Assembly: GCF_039654945.1 (NCBI RefSeq)
Contig: NW_027361825.1
Location: 33,356,001 to 33,420,000 of the forward strand
From: Dendrobates tinctorius
Taxonomy: Eukaryota
Length of the DNA stretch: 64,000 nucleotides
Direction: 5' to 3'
A model generated the notes under the pieces. It was not told where the DNA came from. It worked only from the letters and a program-made list of their open reading frames with translations, and did not search any database. Positions 1-64,000 of this stretch are shown here, in pieces (position 1 is the first letter of the stretch; every line of letters begins with the position of its first letter). The translations under genes were made by a program, and so were the position numbers.

Positions 1-1128
1 ATCAACTGGGAGATGGGAGAAATTGTTCAATGGGTTCCTAACTGTCTCTATCAATGTTGTAAATTTGTGTTATTGTCTGAAACTGTGAAATCTGTCTCTG
101 TGCCGTCTGTCAGTCTGGAGGGTATTCCAGAGTACCTGAAAGACTTTGAAGACGTGTTCTCTGAAAGAGAGGCTGAGGTCTTACCGCCACACAGACCCTT
201 TGATTGTGCCAGAACTTCATTAATGTTGTGTTTGCGGACCTTATAGGCCATTTTGTTGTTGTCTATCTGGATGACATTTTGGTGTATTCCCCTGACAGTC
301 ACACTCATTTGCATTTATGAACTGTTCTCCAAAGACTCAGGGAACATCTATTGTTCGCCAAGTTGGAGAAATGTTAGTTTTTTTGTGCAGGAGCTGTCTT
401 TTCTGGGCCTGATCTTGTCCTGTGAAGGGTTCCGTATGGACCTCAAGAAGGTGCAATCTATTGCCGACTGGGTCCAACCCCGGGATCTCAAGGGACTTCA
501 GTGCTTCTTGGGGTCGCCAATTATTATCATAAATTTATTTATTAGGGGTTTTCACAGGTGGTTAAGCCACTTACTGATCTTACATGCAAGGGGGCGGATG
601 TAAAAAATTGGTCTGTGGCCAAGGATGCCTTTTTGAGATTGAAAAAATGTTTCATGTCTGCTTTGATTCTGGTAAAGCTAGATCCGTCCAAGCCATTCAT
701 TGTGGAGGTGGATGTTTCTGAGGTGGGGGTGAGAGCAGTGTTGTTTCAAGGACCTGCCACCTTGACCAATCTTAAGCCACGTGCCTTCTTTTCAGGAAAC
801 TATGATGTGGGCAATAGGGAACATCTTGCGGTCAAATTGGCATTTGAAGAATGAAGTCATTTTTTGGAGGGGCGGCTCATCCAATCACTGTGATTACGGA
901 TCATAAAAATTTGGCCTATATTGAGTCTGCTAAAAGACTGACTCCCAGACAGGCCCAATGGTCGCTTTTTTTTCTCGGTTTTCCATTACTTTTTGTCCTG
1001 AGTCCAAAAATGTTAAAGCGGATGCTTTGTCCAGTAGTTTTGATCCTGTGCCGCCCCCTGAGCCACCGTCTTCCATTCTTCATCCCAGGGTGGTGGTGGC
1101 GGAGGACTCATCGGAGTTGAAGTGAGAG
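1..1128 (+). mobile_element. Decayed Ty3/gypsy (sushi-like) pol fragment
   Basis: LPPHRPFDC, YLDDILVYS (~265-291), FIVEVDVSEVGVRAVL, NYDVGNREHLAVK, ITDHKNL; frameshifts and an internal deletion. Confidence 0.9.
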
Positions 1129-2399
1129 ATTGTGGGGGCTCAGTCTCTTTCTCCTGCCTCTAAGCAGGCATTTTCCTACGCTCAAGAGTTCACTGCGGGT
1201 CAAGCCAGCAGGGAGGGCAGACTCAGTGACATCAGCGCTTTTCTCTGAAGCAAGCGCTGGCATCAGCGCATTCATTCTTCAGTGGTTTACAGCTGGGGCG
1301 GTCGCATTGGCACCGTTCCCAGTTCTAAACTGTATATGGCCCCAGATATGGATTACAGTGTGGGACTTTACCCCGGAAAGGTATGGTATGGTCTCTCTCT
1401 AAGCTATGAATAGCCCGGGGGTCTGTGCGGCCTGCCGGGGGTCTGTGCGGGCCTGCCGGGGGTCTGTACAGGCCTGCCGGGGGTCTGTACAGGCCTGCCG
1501 GGGGTCTGTGCGGGCCTGCCGAGGGTCTGTACGAGCCTGCCGGGGGTCTGTACGAGCCTGCCGGGGGTCTGTGCGGGCTGCCGGGGGTCTGTGTGGGCAT
1601 GCCGGGGGTCGTGTGTGTGTGCAGGCATCGTCCGATGGGACTACAAGTCCGATCGGGCTATGCCTGCTACAATGACAGTGATTGAAACATTAGCCAATGA
1701 TGGGATAGTAGTAGTCCCATCATCCGGCTAATGTGCTGAATGTAAAAAAAAAAAAAAAAAAAAATACATACTACATACATACTACATATATACTCAGTGG
1801 CGTAGCGTGGGGGGGGCGGGGGGGGGGCGGTCCGCCCCAGGCGGCACGTGTGTGGGGGCGGCGCGGCAGCAGAAGCAATTCCTCTCCTCTGTGGGAGAAG
1901 CGCGGAGCCTGGACTCACTGACTGTACATTTCGGCCTGCGGGGCTGTGCAGTGAGGGGGTAATGTAATGCAGCCTCTTCCCACCCTTCCTCCATCCTTCT
2001 CCTCCGCCTATCGGGAGTCTCTGTACCCCTGCTACCTAGCAGCTTCTCCCTCCTCTCCGCCTGGACCCTCAGTGAGCAGCGCTGCGCTGGGCAGAGGCAG
2101 TGCTGACTTCAGCCCCGCTGCACTGGAGGACTGTCATGGTGGGATGGTCGCGACTGCCAGGAATGTGATGCACACAAGGAGCCATGTTAGGAAGAGCCGA
2201 GCAGTGAGCTGGTGAGTGCGGGGCTGGGGTAAGGTGGTCTGCGGCTGCCCCCGGCGGCCCTGTGTGCAGGCAGCTGTCATCCTCATCACAGGCTGCGCTG
2301 GGTGTGTGTCTGCCTCCATTGTGTGCAGTTATGTGCCACCAACACCGCTGCCTGTGTCTCACCATGTGCAGCAGCGAAAGGATCTGTGCATGCAGCCAC

Positions 2400-3538
2400 A
2401 CTGTGTGTGTGTGTATGTACACTTATGTGTGTNNNNNNNNNNNNNNNNNNNNNNNNNNNNNNNNNNNNNNNNNNNNNNNNNNNNNNNNNNNNNNNNNNNN
2501 NNNNNNNNNNNNNNNNNNNNNNNNNNNNNNNNNNNNNNNNNNNNNNNNNNNNNNNNNNNNNNNNGTGTGTACACCTGTGTGTGTATCCACCTATGTGTGT
2601 GTACACCTGTGTGTGTGTGTCTGTGTGTGTGTGTGTGTGTGTGTACACCTGTGTGTGTGTATCCACCTATGTGTGTGTACACCTGTATTTGTGTATGCCT
2701 GTGTGTCTGTGTGTGTGTGTGTGTACGCCTGTGTGTGTGTCTGTGTATATACACCTATGTGTGTGTGTATGCCTGTGTTTGTGTATGCCTGTGTGTGTGT
2801 ATACACCTGTGTGTGTGTGTGTGTACGCCCGTGTGTGTGTATCCACCTATGTGTGTGTATGTACACCTATGTGTGTGTGTACACCTGTTTGTGTGTATCC
2901 ACCTATGTGTGTGTATGTACACCTATGTGTGTGTACACCTGTTTGTGTGTATCCACCTATGTGTGTGTATGTACACCTATGTGTGTGTGTGTACACCTGT
3001 GTGTGTGTATCCACCTATGTGTGTGTATGTATACACCTGTGTGTGTATACGCCTGTGTGTGTATCCACCTATGTGTGTGTACACCTGTGTTTGTGTATGC
3101 CTGTGTGTGTGTCTGTGTGTGTGTATACACCTGTGTGTGTGTCTGTGTGTGTGTATATACACCTATGNNNNNNNNNNNNNNNNNNNNNNNNNNNNNNNNN
3201 NNNNNNNNNNNNNNNNNNNNNNNNNNNNNNNNNNNNNNNNNNNNNNNNNNNNNNNNNNNNNNNNNNNNNNNNNNNNNNNNNNNNNNNNNNNNNNNNNNNN
3301 NNNNNNNNNNNNNNNNNNNNNNNNNNNNNNNNNNNNNNNNNNNNNNNNNNNNNNNNNNNNNNNNNNNNNNNNNNNNNNNNNNNNNNNNNNNNNNNNNNNN
3401 NNNNNNNNNNNNNNNNNNNNNNNNNNNNNNNNNNNNNNNNNNNNNNNNNNNNNNNNNNNNNNNNNNNNNNNNNNNNNNNNNNNNNNNNNNNNNNNNNNNN
3501 NNNNNNNNNNNNNNNNNNNNNNNNNNNNNNNNNNNNNN
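2400..3538. repeat. Complex (TG)n microsatellite with two assembly gaps (2433-2564, 3168-3538)
   Basis: Seen directly in the sequence. Confidence 0.95.
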
Positions 3539-3889
3539 TCTGCGCATGTGACAGCACAGCAGCAGCTCTGCTTTCCTAGGTTTTCTGTCCCGTCCTGGCA
3601 CCGTAGCAGCTGCAGAGGCTCCGCCCTATTGATGCTCCCGGGAGGAGGAAAGAATATGGCGGTGCTGCTGCCCCGGCTGGGAGCGAGAGGAAAAGGGTAG
3701 GACAGTACTGCACGGGGTGAGGTGGGATACTGGGGAGCATGGTATGGGGGCGATTTGTGGGAGAGGCTGCTGGGTGCACCGCGGCCATTACCGGAGAATG
3801 CACCACCAACATCTGTACGGGAGAAGCCACAGACAGCTGTCACATGCCACATAGACATCACACCACAGGTGTCCTAATACAATAATCAT

Positions 3890-4092
3890 CCCCCATATAA
3901 GTGTTCTCGTACATCCCCCCATATATACGTGTCCTCGTACATCCCCCTATACGTGTCCTCGTACATCCCCCCCATATATACGTGTCCTCGTACATCCCCC
4001 ATATCCATATATACGTGTCCTCGTACATCTCCCCCTATACGTGTCCTCGTACATCCCCCCATATACGTGTCCTCGTACATCTCCTCCCCATA
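3890..4092. repeat. ~28-36 bp minisatellite (ATACGTGTCCTCGTACATCCCCC core)
   Basis: About six tandem copies. Confidence 0.85.
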
Positions 4093-4380
4093 TATTTTCT
4101 GTTTTTTTCTGTCACATTATTAAAAATTATTATTAAAAAAAGCCATTAGGTCTTCATCCAGCATCATCAAGCTAATACATACATATATATATAGAGAGAG
4201 AACTGCAAGAAGATGAAAGTCTAGAAATGTAGAAATAATAACAGCAGAGTTAGTAGCAGACTAAAAATTAGATCTTTGAGTGTAGTGTGGGCTCTCCTGA
4301 TGCTTCCGGATTATCATCGACCAAAGGGGCGGCAAATTTTTCGACCGCCCCGGGCGCCACAAACAGTTGCTACGCCACTG

Positions 4381-5040
4381 TATATACTACATTCATACAA
4401 CATACATAAATACATACTACATGCATACTACAAATATACTACATTCATACAACATACATACATACTACATATATACTACATTCATACAACATACATGCAT
4501 ACTACAAACATACTACATATACAACATACATACATACTACATACATACTTCATATATACTACATTCATACAACATACATACTGCATAATACTTACATACT
4601 ACATATATACTACATTTATACAACATACATACATACTACATACATACTACATATATACAACATACATACATACTACATACATACTTCATATATACTACAT
4701 TGATAAAACATACATACAAACTACATACATACTACATTCATACAACATACATACATACTACATACTACATACATACTACATACAGTATATACTACATTCA
4801 TGCAACATACATACATACTACATATATACTACATTCATACAACATACATACATACATACTACATACATACTACATATATACTACATTCATACAACATACA
4901 TACTACATACTACATATACACTACATTCATACAACATACATACATACTACATACATACAACATACATACATAGTACATACTACATACATACTACAGACAT
5001 ACAACATACATAAAACATGCTACAGACATACTACATACAC
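4381..5040. repeat. TACA/TAC low-complexity tract inside the hAT element
   Basis: Seen directly; homologous tract at 35251-35660. Confidence 0.9.
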
Positions 5041-5311
5041 AGACCACCAGCAGGCCCGCACAGACCCCCCGGCAGCCCGCACAGGCCCCCGGCAGGCCCG
5101 CACAGACCGCGCATCATGATGACATCATTTCAGCAGCCAATCACAGCTATGCCATTAGTTAACATGGCTAACACAACTTGCTGATAGCATTATGGGAACT
5201 TCCGATTCTGGTATTCGATATTGTAAAAATATCGGTACTTGGTATCGGAATTCCGATACCGCGGATATCGGCCGATACCCGATATTTGCGGTATCGGAAT
5301 GCTCAACACTA

Positions 5312-5471
5312 GTGGTGATATCAACTTCCTGTTTGTGGCACTTTAGTATATGGGAGGGGGAAAACCTTTCAAGATAGGTGGTGACCATGGTGGCCATTTT
5401 GAAGTCGGCCATTTTGGATCCAACTTTATAAATGGCCCACACAGGTCTATCCATATAAATGGCCCACCCTG
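5312..5471. mobile_element. Mariner-like MITE remnant (target of the hAT insertion)
   Basis: Reverse-complement match to ~45400-45510; ends ...TATCCATATAAATGGCCCACCCTG-TA. Confidence 0.7.
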
Positions 5472-5954
5472 TATATGTGTGTTTTGAAGAATATTTTATT
5501 TTAAAACAATGTGTAAATGACAGAGAAGTTCTCTATGTAAAAGCTCATGTTAAAATCGCATTGCAGTCTGATAGCAATCGCACTGCATTCGGATGTAAAT
5601 CGGATGCTAGGTGTGAAAATTCCGATTGTAATCGCATAAAAAACACATGACACCTGCATGACAATTGCATTACACTAGTCCAACTCTCCTGCATCAAAAT
5701 CGGACCGATTTTTTATTCGCTAGTGTGTCTTTGCCCTTATTCTGTATTTAGTTAGAAAAAAAATGGAACAGCACATGCAATCAAGTGGGTGCACAGGTCT
5801 CCCGGCAACTTACCCATATACCTGCCAAATATACATCAATAAAAAATGGGAAGCAGCACTCCAGGTTTAGCAAAAAATATAAGAGTGGACTTTATTAGGC
5901 CCACATGGCGTGGTTCAACATTTCGGCTTCAAAAGCCTTTTTCCATCAGTTCGG

Positions 5955-8075
5955 TTCTCCTGTCCGGTATACAGGGTGTAATTATCAGTATCTGTATTAT
6001 TCTGTATTTATACACTGCACAGTACCAATTCTTCTGCCCTGTATACTGTGTGTAATTCTCAGTATCTGTATTATTCTATATATACCCTGCACAGTACCAT
6101 TTCTTCTGCCCTGTATACTGTGTTTAATTTTCAGTATTGTATTATTATGTATATATACACTGCACAGTACCATTTCTCCTGTCTTGTATACTATGTGTAA
6201 TTCTCAGTATCTGTATTATTCTGTATATATAAACTGCACAGTACCACTTCTCCTGTCCTGTATACTGTGTGTAATTCTCAGTATCTGTATTATTCTGTAT
6301 ATATACACTGCACAGTACCACTTCTCCTGTCCTGTATACTATGTGTAATTCTCTGCATTATTCGGTATATACAGTGGGGAAAAAAAGTACTTAGTCAGCC
6401 ACCAATTGTGCAAGTTCTCCCACTTAAAAAGATGAGAGAGGCCCTATTTGACATCATAAGTAGACCACAACTATGAGAGTCAAAATGAGACAATACATGC
6501 AGAAAATAACTTTGTCTGATTTGGCAAGTTTTATTTTGCAAATTATGGTGGAAAACAAGTATTTGGTCACCTAAAAACATGCAAGATTTCTGGATCTCAC
6601 AGACTTGTAACTTCTTCTTTAAGAGGCTCCTCTGTCCTCCACTCATTACCTGTCGTAATGGCACCTGTTTGAACTTGTTATCAGTATAAAAGACACCTGT
6701 CCACAACCTCAAACAGTCACACTCCAAACTCCACTATGGTGAAGAACAAAGAGCTGTCGGACACCAGAAACAAAATTGCAGCCCTGCAACAGGCTGGGAA
6801 GACTGAATTTGCAATAGGCAATCAGCTTGGTGTGATGAAATCAACTGTGGGAGCAATAATAAGGAAATGGAAGACATACAAGACCACTGATAATCTCCCT
6901 CGATCTGGGGCTCCACGCAAGATCTCACCCTGTGGGGTCAAAATGAACACAAGAACAGTGAGCAAAAATTCCAGAACCACACTGGCAGACCTAGTGAATG
7001 AACTGATAGAGCTGGGACCACCGTAACAAAGGCTACCATCAGTAATACACTATGCTGCCAGGGACTCATATCTTGCAGTGCCAGATGTGTCCCACTACTT
7101 AAGCCAGTACATGTCCGGGCCCATCTAGAGAGTTGAGTTGCATCCAAAGAACACCATACCTGCTGTGAAGCATGGGGTGGCAACATCATGCTTTGGGGCT
7201 CTTTTTCTGCAAAGGGATCAGGACGTCTGATCCATGTACATGAAAGAATGAATGGGGCCATGTGTCGTGAGATTTTGAGTGCAAACCTGCTTCCATCAGC
7301 AAGGGCATTGAAGATAAAATGTGGATGAGTCTTTCAGCATGATCCCAAGCACACCACCATGGCATTGAAGGAGTAGCTTCGTAAGAAGCATATGAAAGTC
7401 CCCTGGAGTGGCCTAACCAGTCTCCAGATCTCAACCCCATAGAAAACCTTTGGAGGTATATGAAAGTCCATGTGGTCCAGCGACTGGCCCAAACCATCAC
7501 TGCTCTAGAGGAGATCTGCATGGAGGAATGCGCCAACACACCACCAACAGTGTGTGCCAACCTTGTGAAGGCTTACAGAAAACGTTTGACCTCTGTCATT
7601 GCCAAAGGATATATAACAAAATATTGAGATTAACTTTTGTTAATGACCAAATACTTATTTTCCACCATAATTTGCAAAATATTCTGGATTTGTTTTCTCA
7701 TTTTGACTCTCATAGTTGTGGTCTACCTATGATGTCAATTACTGGCCTCTCTCATCTTTTTAAGTGGGAGAACTTGCACAATTGGTGGCTGATTAAATAC
7801 TTTTTTTCCCCACTGTATACACTGCACAGTACCATCCTGTCCTGTATACTGTGTCTAAGTCTCAGTATCTGTATTATTCTGCATATATGCACAGCACAGT
7901 ACCACTTCTCCTGTCCTGTATATATACACAGCACAGTACTACTTCTCCTGTCCGGTATACTGAATGTAATTCTCAGTATCTGTATTATTCTGCATATACA
8001 CACTGCACAGTACCACTTCTCCTGTCCTATATACTGGGTGTAATTTTCAGTAGCTGTATAATTCTCTATATACAT
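5955..8075. repeat. 74-bp tandem satellite split by a Tc1 insertion
   Basis: Period 74 (for example 6199 to 6273); resumes in phase at 7816. Confidence 0.9.
6372..7815 (+). mobile_element. Tc1-like transposon, internally deleted and decayed
   Basis: TA-flanked TIRs CAGTGGGGAAAAAAAGTA; transposase MVKNKELSD... with frameshifts; region holding the first catalytic D deleted near 7128. Confidence 0.92.
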
Positions 8076-8784
8076 CCGTATTGATTTATTATTTTCTATA
8101 TTCCTATGGGCAAATAAAACAAAATCTTGAAAACCTGTTTAAAATGGTTATCACAAGTTTGAAGGTTGTCCCCTATCCTCTGGATAGTGGATAACTTTCC
8201 AACTGCTGGGGATCTGACCTCTGGGACCCCAAAATCCCGAGAACCAGAGCTTTGTAGAACACCATATAAATGGATCTGTAGTCGATCATACCACTGTTGT
8301 ACCATTTACCTATGGCTCTTCAAGTAATTCCTCTAAGAGAATGTTGAGGAACATGACTAAGCAAAGCAAAATTCATTGACCAGGGAAGGGAGTGTTATAG
8401 TTTGTGTGCTGGTGGATTAGTGTGGCAGGGCTACTTTTTTGTCCCAGTCAGGTCCTTCCACTTTGTATCTTCACTCTGTATTCCCATGTGATCTTGGAAT
8501 AAAAAAGTATAAAATAGAGTACCAGTAGTGAGTGGCACTTATTTTTCTTCTCATCATTTTTGAAGATTGTACTGCTGCACAGTTGAGCACTACCACTTCT
8601 GGCGTTCTGTTTTAACCAGCATTGCATACTCCAGTAGAATATACTTGCAGCAGGGCCGGTCTGCTGATTTTTGAAAGTAATGTTTTTTACATTACGTTCT
8701 TTGGATGGAAGAAATTCTCGGCTTTTACCAAATGTTACTAAATTCCTAAAGTGGTAATAAAGACCATAAAAATAACATTTTGTA

Positions 8785-8798
8785 TTTATTGATTTATT
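8785..8798 (-). promoter_or_regulatory. Candidate polyadenylation signals of CYP2
   Basis: Two AATAAA hexamers on the minus strand about 210 nt after the stop codon. Confidence 0.45.
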
Positions 8799-9002
8799 TT
8801 GTAATAGCATTGTGCTTCTCAAGTTCTATACCTGGTAATGCAGCTCACTTCCATTCTGTAAATTGTTATATATTCCATAAGCTAATGATACAAATGAGTA
8901 ATACTTGGAATGTTATCTTTCTTCCCTATAATCAAGTTGCTTCCCGCACTCATGAAAACTTCACTAATCTCCTAATCTCTTAGGTTCTTACAACTTATGT
9001 TA

Positions 9003-59156
<50,154 letters not shown>

Positions 59157-59196
59157 CTAGGAGAAAACAGAGACATTCAACATGACAGGTTACAAT

Positions 59197-59496
59197 TAGT
59201 GATGAGTGAGTATACTCATTGCTCGGGTTTTCCTGAGCATCTCGGGTGTCCTCCAAGTATTTTGGCATGCTCAGAGATTTAGTTTTTGTCAAAGCAGCTG
59301 TATGATTTACGGCTGCTAGACAGCCTGATTACATGTGGGGATTCCCTAACAAACAGGCATTCCTCACATGTATTCAGCCTGTCCAGCAGCCACTAATCAT
59401 GCAGCTGTGTCGACACAAACTAAATCTCCGAGCATGCGGAGGACACCCGAGCATGCTCGGGAAAATCTGAGCAACGAGAATACTCGGTCATCACTA
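59197..59496. mobile_element. 300-bp palindromic hAT MITE
   Basis: TAGTGATGA...TCATCACTA; perfect 8-bp TSD GTTACAAT. Confidence 0.9.
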
Positions 59497-62400
59497 GTTA
59501 CAATCTGAAAAAATATACTTTTATAATGTTCCATAGGTGGCCAAAAACAATTCTATTGAGTAGACCAATGGTTCTTAAGGAGCAGTACTTAAACAGTGGG
59601 AAAGCATCATATCCTCAAGGAATACATGTTGCAGCTTGAAAAGAAAAACAATTCATTGAGCTTACATAGCTTCATGGGGAAGAGAGAAATTGCAATGGGT
59701 AAAAATCTAAATAAATATGGATGGAGTACCAGTCAAGCATATAATGCCAACCACCATCACAGCAACAGTGCACCAGCATGGTGGGCGGCCCGGGGGCCTC
59801 ATAGAATCCATTCTGCAACACTGAGTCCCCACGACTTCAGGCCGCACTGACTCAACACAACAGCATTAATGAACGTCATAGAGCACCAAACACTAGGTGA
59901 ATAGATGTAAAAACCTCATCTTCCACATGTTCTCAGACTGTGGACTGAGAGCAAAAAAAGGCAGAACCTCTCTTGCAGTTTCCTGCTAATTTAAAAACAC
60001 CTGGGTCAAATGGAAGGAGTGTGGGTCCAAGTAAAACAAAAACAAGAGGGGACAACAATGCAAATGACAGAACTGTCGAAAAAAGATGTCCATTCTCTTT
60101 TTTCTGGTTATTGCATGATCTAACCTTTTTTTCGGTTGTGCAATCCTCCCATTTGGCACAGGTGATTTTAAATAGCTGAATAGCTGTAGACTGCAAAGAG
60201 GGTCCAGCCTCATTTGAGAGCATGAGGAAGGCGATGCTGTTCATTTGGTGTTGTGTTGCGGCCATTGTTGCTGTGGTTTTGTGCCTGTTGGGCAGTGTGG
60301 TCTGGAGTCATTCTTGCAGTACGGACGCTGCAAGGCACCAAACCACCTGCCCTGCTGGTGCATTGTCTCTGCAGTGGTGGTTAGCGCACAACGCCACTCC
60401 TTTAAGGTAATAAAAGTTAAGACCCACTGAGAGCTTTGCGGTGATGTGGCAGTGGGCTTCATACAGTCTGATCAGAATGTTAAACTAAGAACTTTATGTC
60501 CAGTTATATATATTTTTGCCTAGCGGCATTAGATCGATGTATTATTTTTGGAGGTGTGCTCTTTTTTCAGCATATTGTGTAATAAATATGATGTTTCAGA
60601 TAGTGATGATCGAATGGTGAAAAGAGGCACAAATAATTTTTAACATCCATGTATTCGTACCGAATAATAAATCCAATGCAAGTAAATGGGAAAGCCAAAT
60701 TTTTTCGTATGGACCCAACAAACAGGTCTGGAGGCATGGGAAAAGCTGAAATTGATGAGAAAGAGCTAAAACTAAATGAGGACAGCATAGAGAAGATGCC
60801 TGTATGCTTTTCTGACTCACATATGGTATTTGGGAATAATGTTGTCAGACTGTTGCGAGGGTTTTACTGATTTTTAAAAAAGACCTATCAAACTAAACCA
60901 AAATATTTTTTAAAGAGAAAAATGCTAAGAAATATTTTTTCCTTCATAATTATATGTATATAACACAAAATTAAAATAAAAAAATAAAATAAAATTATAC
61001 CTCTCCTTTAGCATATGTTCACACGGAGCGTTTTGGCTTTCGTTTTTCCTTTAACATTTGTGAGGGCTCACACACCTACATTTGGGAGGTCCCTCCCTCA
61101 TGCCAAATAGCTAGCAAGATAGTGGAATACATATTCCCCATCCCTTTACAATGCCATTTCAAACATGTCCATCTGAATTTTGGGCTTTGCCAGCCACCAC
61201 CACCATGTCCACCGCCATGTAATTATGCGGTCCTTACTTACAATTTGCAGAGTGCAGCGGGTGCCGTGAAACCTGAGTTTGTAAAGGACTTCAGGTGACC
61301 CTGTATCATACATTTGGGATAGCTCTCACTCCTACACTCGGGAGGTCCCTCCCTCATGCCATTTCAATCATGCCCATTTGAATTTTGGGCTTTGCCAGCC
61401 ACCACCACCATGTCCACCGCCATGTCATTATGAGGCCCTCGCTTTTAATTTTCAGAGGGCCACTAGGTGTTGTGAAACCTGCATTTTGTAAGGTCCATAG
61501 TTCATTTTTGCCACCGCATCCTAATGGAACCACTGTCACAGCGGGTGAAGCTGCTGTAATGTGAATATAATACAGGAGTTGGGGGAGCTGTATGATCAAT
61601 GTCAGTAAATTGGATTTTACCAGACACCAAAAGCATTAGACTGTATCTTTTGCATTGTTTGGAGCAACAACGGAGTAATTACAGGATATGTCCCAGAGAG
61701 TGTCGATGTGGCGCTATTCACTTCTCACGGCCATGTCGCGAGTCGGAGTGGTCAAGGAGTCCAAGGTCAGAAGCCAGAAGGGTACATCATAAGCAGAAGG
61801 AAGAGACAAAAGCATAGGCAGGTAACTTTCCGAGGTCAGAGTACCGGGAGGTTAACGGATCAGAACTGAAGGGGTTAAACAGGAGGATGGTCAGAACGAA
61901 GTCCAAAGTCAGGCAACAGATCAAGCAAACAGAACACAAGGCACAGGAGAGCACAGAGCACAATCCTCAAAAGATGAATGTATGTCTGGCAGTGGTCTGG
62001 GAGAAGATGCTCAGTTAAGTAGGCATTGCAATTACCCGGGATAGTGAACACCTGAGACAGCCGACGCCTCCTGGTCGACCTGTCAATCAACACACTGACA
62101 GCTCAGCACGCCCCTGTACCAGATTGGATGGCCATGCTGTCCATCAAAGTACTGACAGCTTCAGTACACTCCTGTACTGGATTGGACGGCCGAGCTGTAA
62201 GTAACTGCATCCCAGGCACCCTGAGGGGTGGAACCGAGACAGTCGAGGTCTGTGGAGTGTATTGTAATACCATGGCCGCCGGGGGGTAGCTTGTGTGGCC
62301 GCTCCAGTACTCACTGTGCTGGAGGCTGTTTCATCACCCGTATACTGTTCACTTTGGGGACCCAATTGACTACAGACAGAAGCTGGAAACAACTTTAACA

Positions 62401-63526
62401 ACTCAGCTTTATTCTCTTCAGGGCACAGCATGTCCAATACAGCCACAGGACTCTTTACTTGGTAACAGCAATACATCTTCATCTACAGCAGTATGTCACT
62501 TCTTTCTTCACTTCACACATATGCACCACACAGGCAAGCTGACACGTCACACGGAGAACGATGAACACGGAACACTTCCCTTCCTCCAGAGCCCGACTTC
62601 ATCCTACGGAGGTACCCGACTTTTCCGTTACAGCTCACCCCCTTAAGGCACTGTTGCTCCTGTTCATGTCCTAGATTCACAGCTCACTAGACTCTCCACA
62701 AAGCCTCCATACTCCAGCTGCTACTCCCACAGGGACTCTTCCACAGACCTCCCTGGCTTGCAATTCTCCAGACACAGGCTGGACTCAATAGACTGGCTTG
62801 GGTTGTCACTTCAGCTCCTCCTTGCTAGCTGACTTGACCAACGACACTCTTTCTTCTGTCTTGCTAGCCTTACAGTCCCCAGTCCCTGACTGCAAGGCCT
62901 CCAGCACCACTACGTGCTGGCTACTGTTGTAGGCACTCCGTTGTTCTTCACTGTTGTCCTGTCCTGTTCGCTACCCCCAGCTCAACTTACTCTTGGAGGG
63001 AAACCTATCTCCTTTTCTCCTTATCTAGCCACTCCTCTAAGTTAACCCCTAAGCAGGCTTCTCACTAGTTGAGCTCAGTGCCCCCATCTAGTGGCCCTTT
63101 GCTAATACTACACCAAACTATCTAACTAATGTTGTGTGGATGCAAACACACTCACACACACAACATGCATACTGCACAAAGAATATACAACAATATCAAC
63201 ATTTGCAGGGCAAAGCCCTTGCCCTCCTTACAGTATTATTCAGGTGACAGGCATGCTACAAAGCTCAGGTAAAGGCCTTAGCGTGGCAATGATCATGATC
63301 CACTATGCTTAAGGCTTCAGACTGAATAGGTCTTTGGAGCGTATTAACCCAGTCTCTTAGATGTACTTAAAATGTGCATAAGCTGGCCAATACCCTACCA
63401 CCATTTTTTTGTAAGGACCCAAATTTAGAAAATGTAAGGGAAGAGACAGTTTAATAAAGAGACACATATCTCATTTAGGAGCCTGTAAAAGTCAGCAATG
63501 GTCTTTTTCCAGCAGCGAACAATGTA

Positions 63527-64000
63527 CACTGCTCAAAACATAAAGGGAACACTTAAACAACAGAATATAACTCCAAGTAAATCAAACTTCTGTGAAATCA
63601 AACTGTCCACTTAGGAAGCAACACTGATTGAGAATCAATTTCACATGCTGTTGTGCAAATGGAATAGACAACAGATGGAAATTATTGGCAATTATCAAGA
63701 CACTCTCAATAAGGGAGTGGTTTTGCAGGTGGGGACCACAGACCACATCTCAGTACCAATGCTTTCTGGCTGATGTTTTGGTCACTTTTGAATGTTGGTT
63801 GTACTTTCACACTTGAGGTAGTCTGAGACGGACTCTACAACCCACACAAGTGGCTCAGGTAATGCAGCTATTCCAGAATGGCACATCAATGCGAGCTGTG
63901 GCAGGAAGGTTTGCTGTGTCTGTCAGCGTATTGTCCAGAGGCTGTAGGTGCTACCAGGAGACAGGCCAGTACACCAGGAGATGTGGAGGGGCCGTAGGAG
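63527..64000 (+). mobile_element. 5' part of a third Tc1-like family
   Basis: TA followed by CACTGCTCAAAA terminus; paired-like [35 protein letters not shown] from ~63823, start codon mutated. Confidence 0.8.

Larger units (their letters stand above)
1795..4380. mobile_element. Nested non-autonomous hAT element
   Basis: TIR CAGTGGCGTAGC...GCTACGCCACTG with perfect 8-bp TSD TATATACT. Confidence 0.9.
1415..5311. mobile_element. Non-autonomous hAT element, left end not found; same family as 34565-36139
   Basis: Shares the GC-rich 21-bp minisatellite, central segment, TACA-rich tract and right terminus GCTCAACACTA with the intact copy. Confidence 0.8.

Noticed and set aside
1325-5119. Long ORFs such as 2216-3700 and 4276-5013
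   Set aside because: Translations of microsatellites, minisatellites and N gaps.
59990-60070. LLGPTLLPF as a possible CYP2 exon 1
   Set aside because: Lacks PPGP..LP..GN, a start-proximal membrane anchor and a suitable donor site.
61690-63232. LTR-like segments
   Set aside because: TG...CA candidates seen, but no matching TSD, PBS or second LTR.

Overview
Eukaryotic genomic DNA, inferred from its repeat landscape to be amphibian (probably a frog). The only host gene is a minus-strand cytochrome P450 family 2 gene. Exons 2-9 are present with canonical GT-AG junctions and an open reading frame; I did not find exon 1, which probably lies beyond position 64000. Introns 2-4 are expanded to 10-21 kb by nested transposons: Tc1/mariner, hAT, piggyBac, Kolobok/T2 MITEs, Ty3/gypsy LTRs, L1, CR1 and Penelope-like elements. 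The most notable system is a 353-bp non-coding tandem repeat whose unit carries a minimal type I hammerhead ribozyme (a retrozyme), inserted twice in opposite orientations in CYP2 intron 4. One array ends exactly at the predicted cleavage site. The other is a circularly permuted dimer with a 9-bp target-site duplication, consistent with reverse transcription of a circular or multimeric RNA. Nearby Penelope-like elements with their own hammerheads are the likely helper class. Also notable are a gag/pol-less LTR element carrying a decayed cold-shock-domain ORF, a hAT element carrying a decayed 18S rRNA fragment, a second ~420-bp tandem family with a terminal inversion, and a 996-bp near-perfect Penelope inverted repeat. 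All calls were made by eye; no searches were run.
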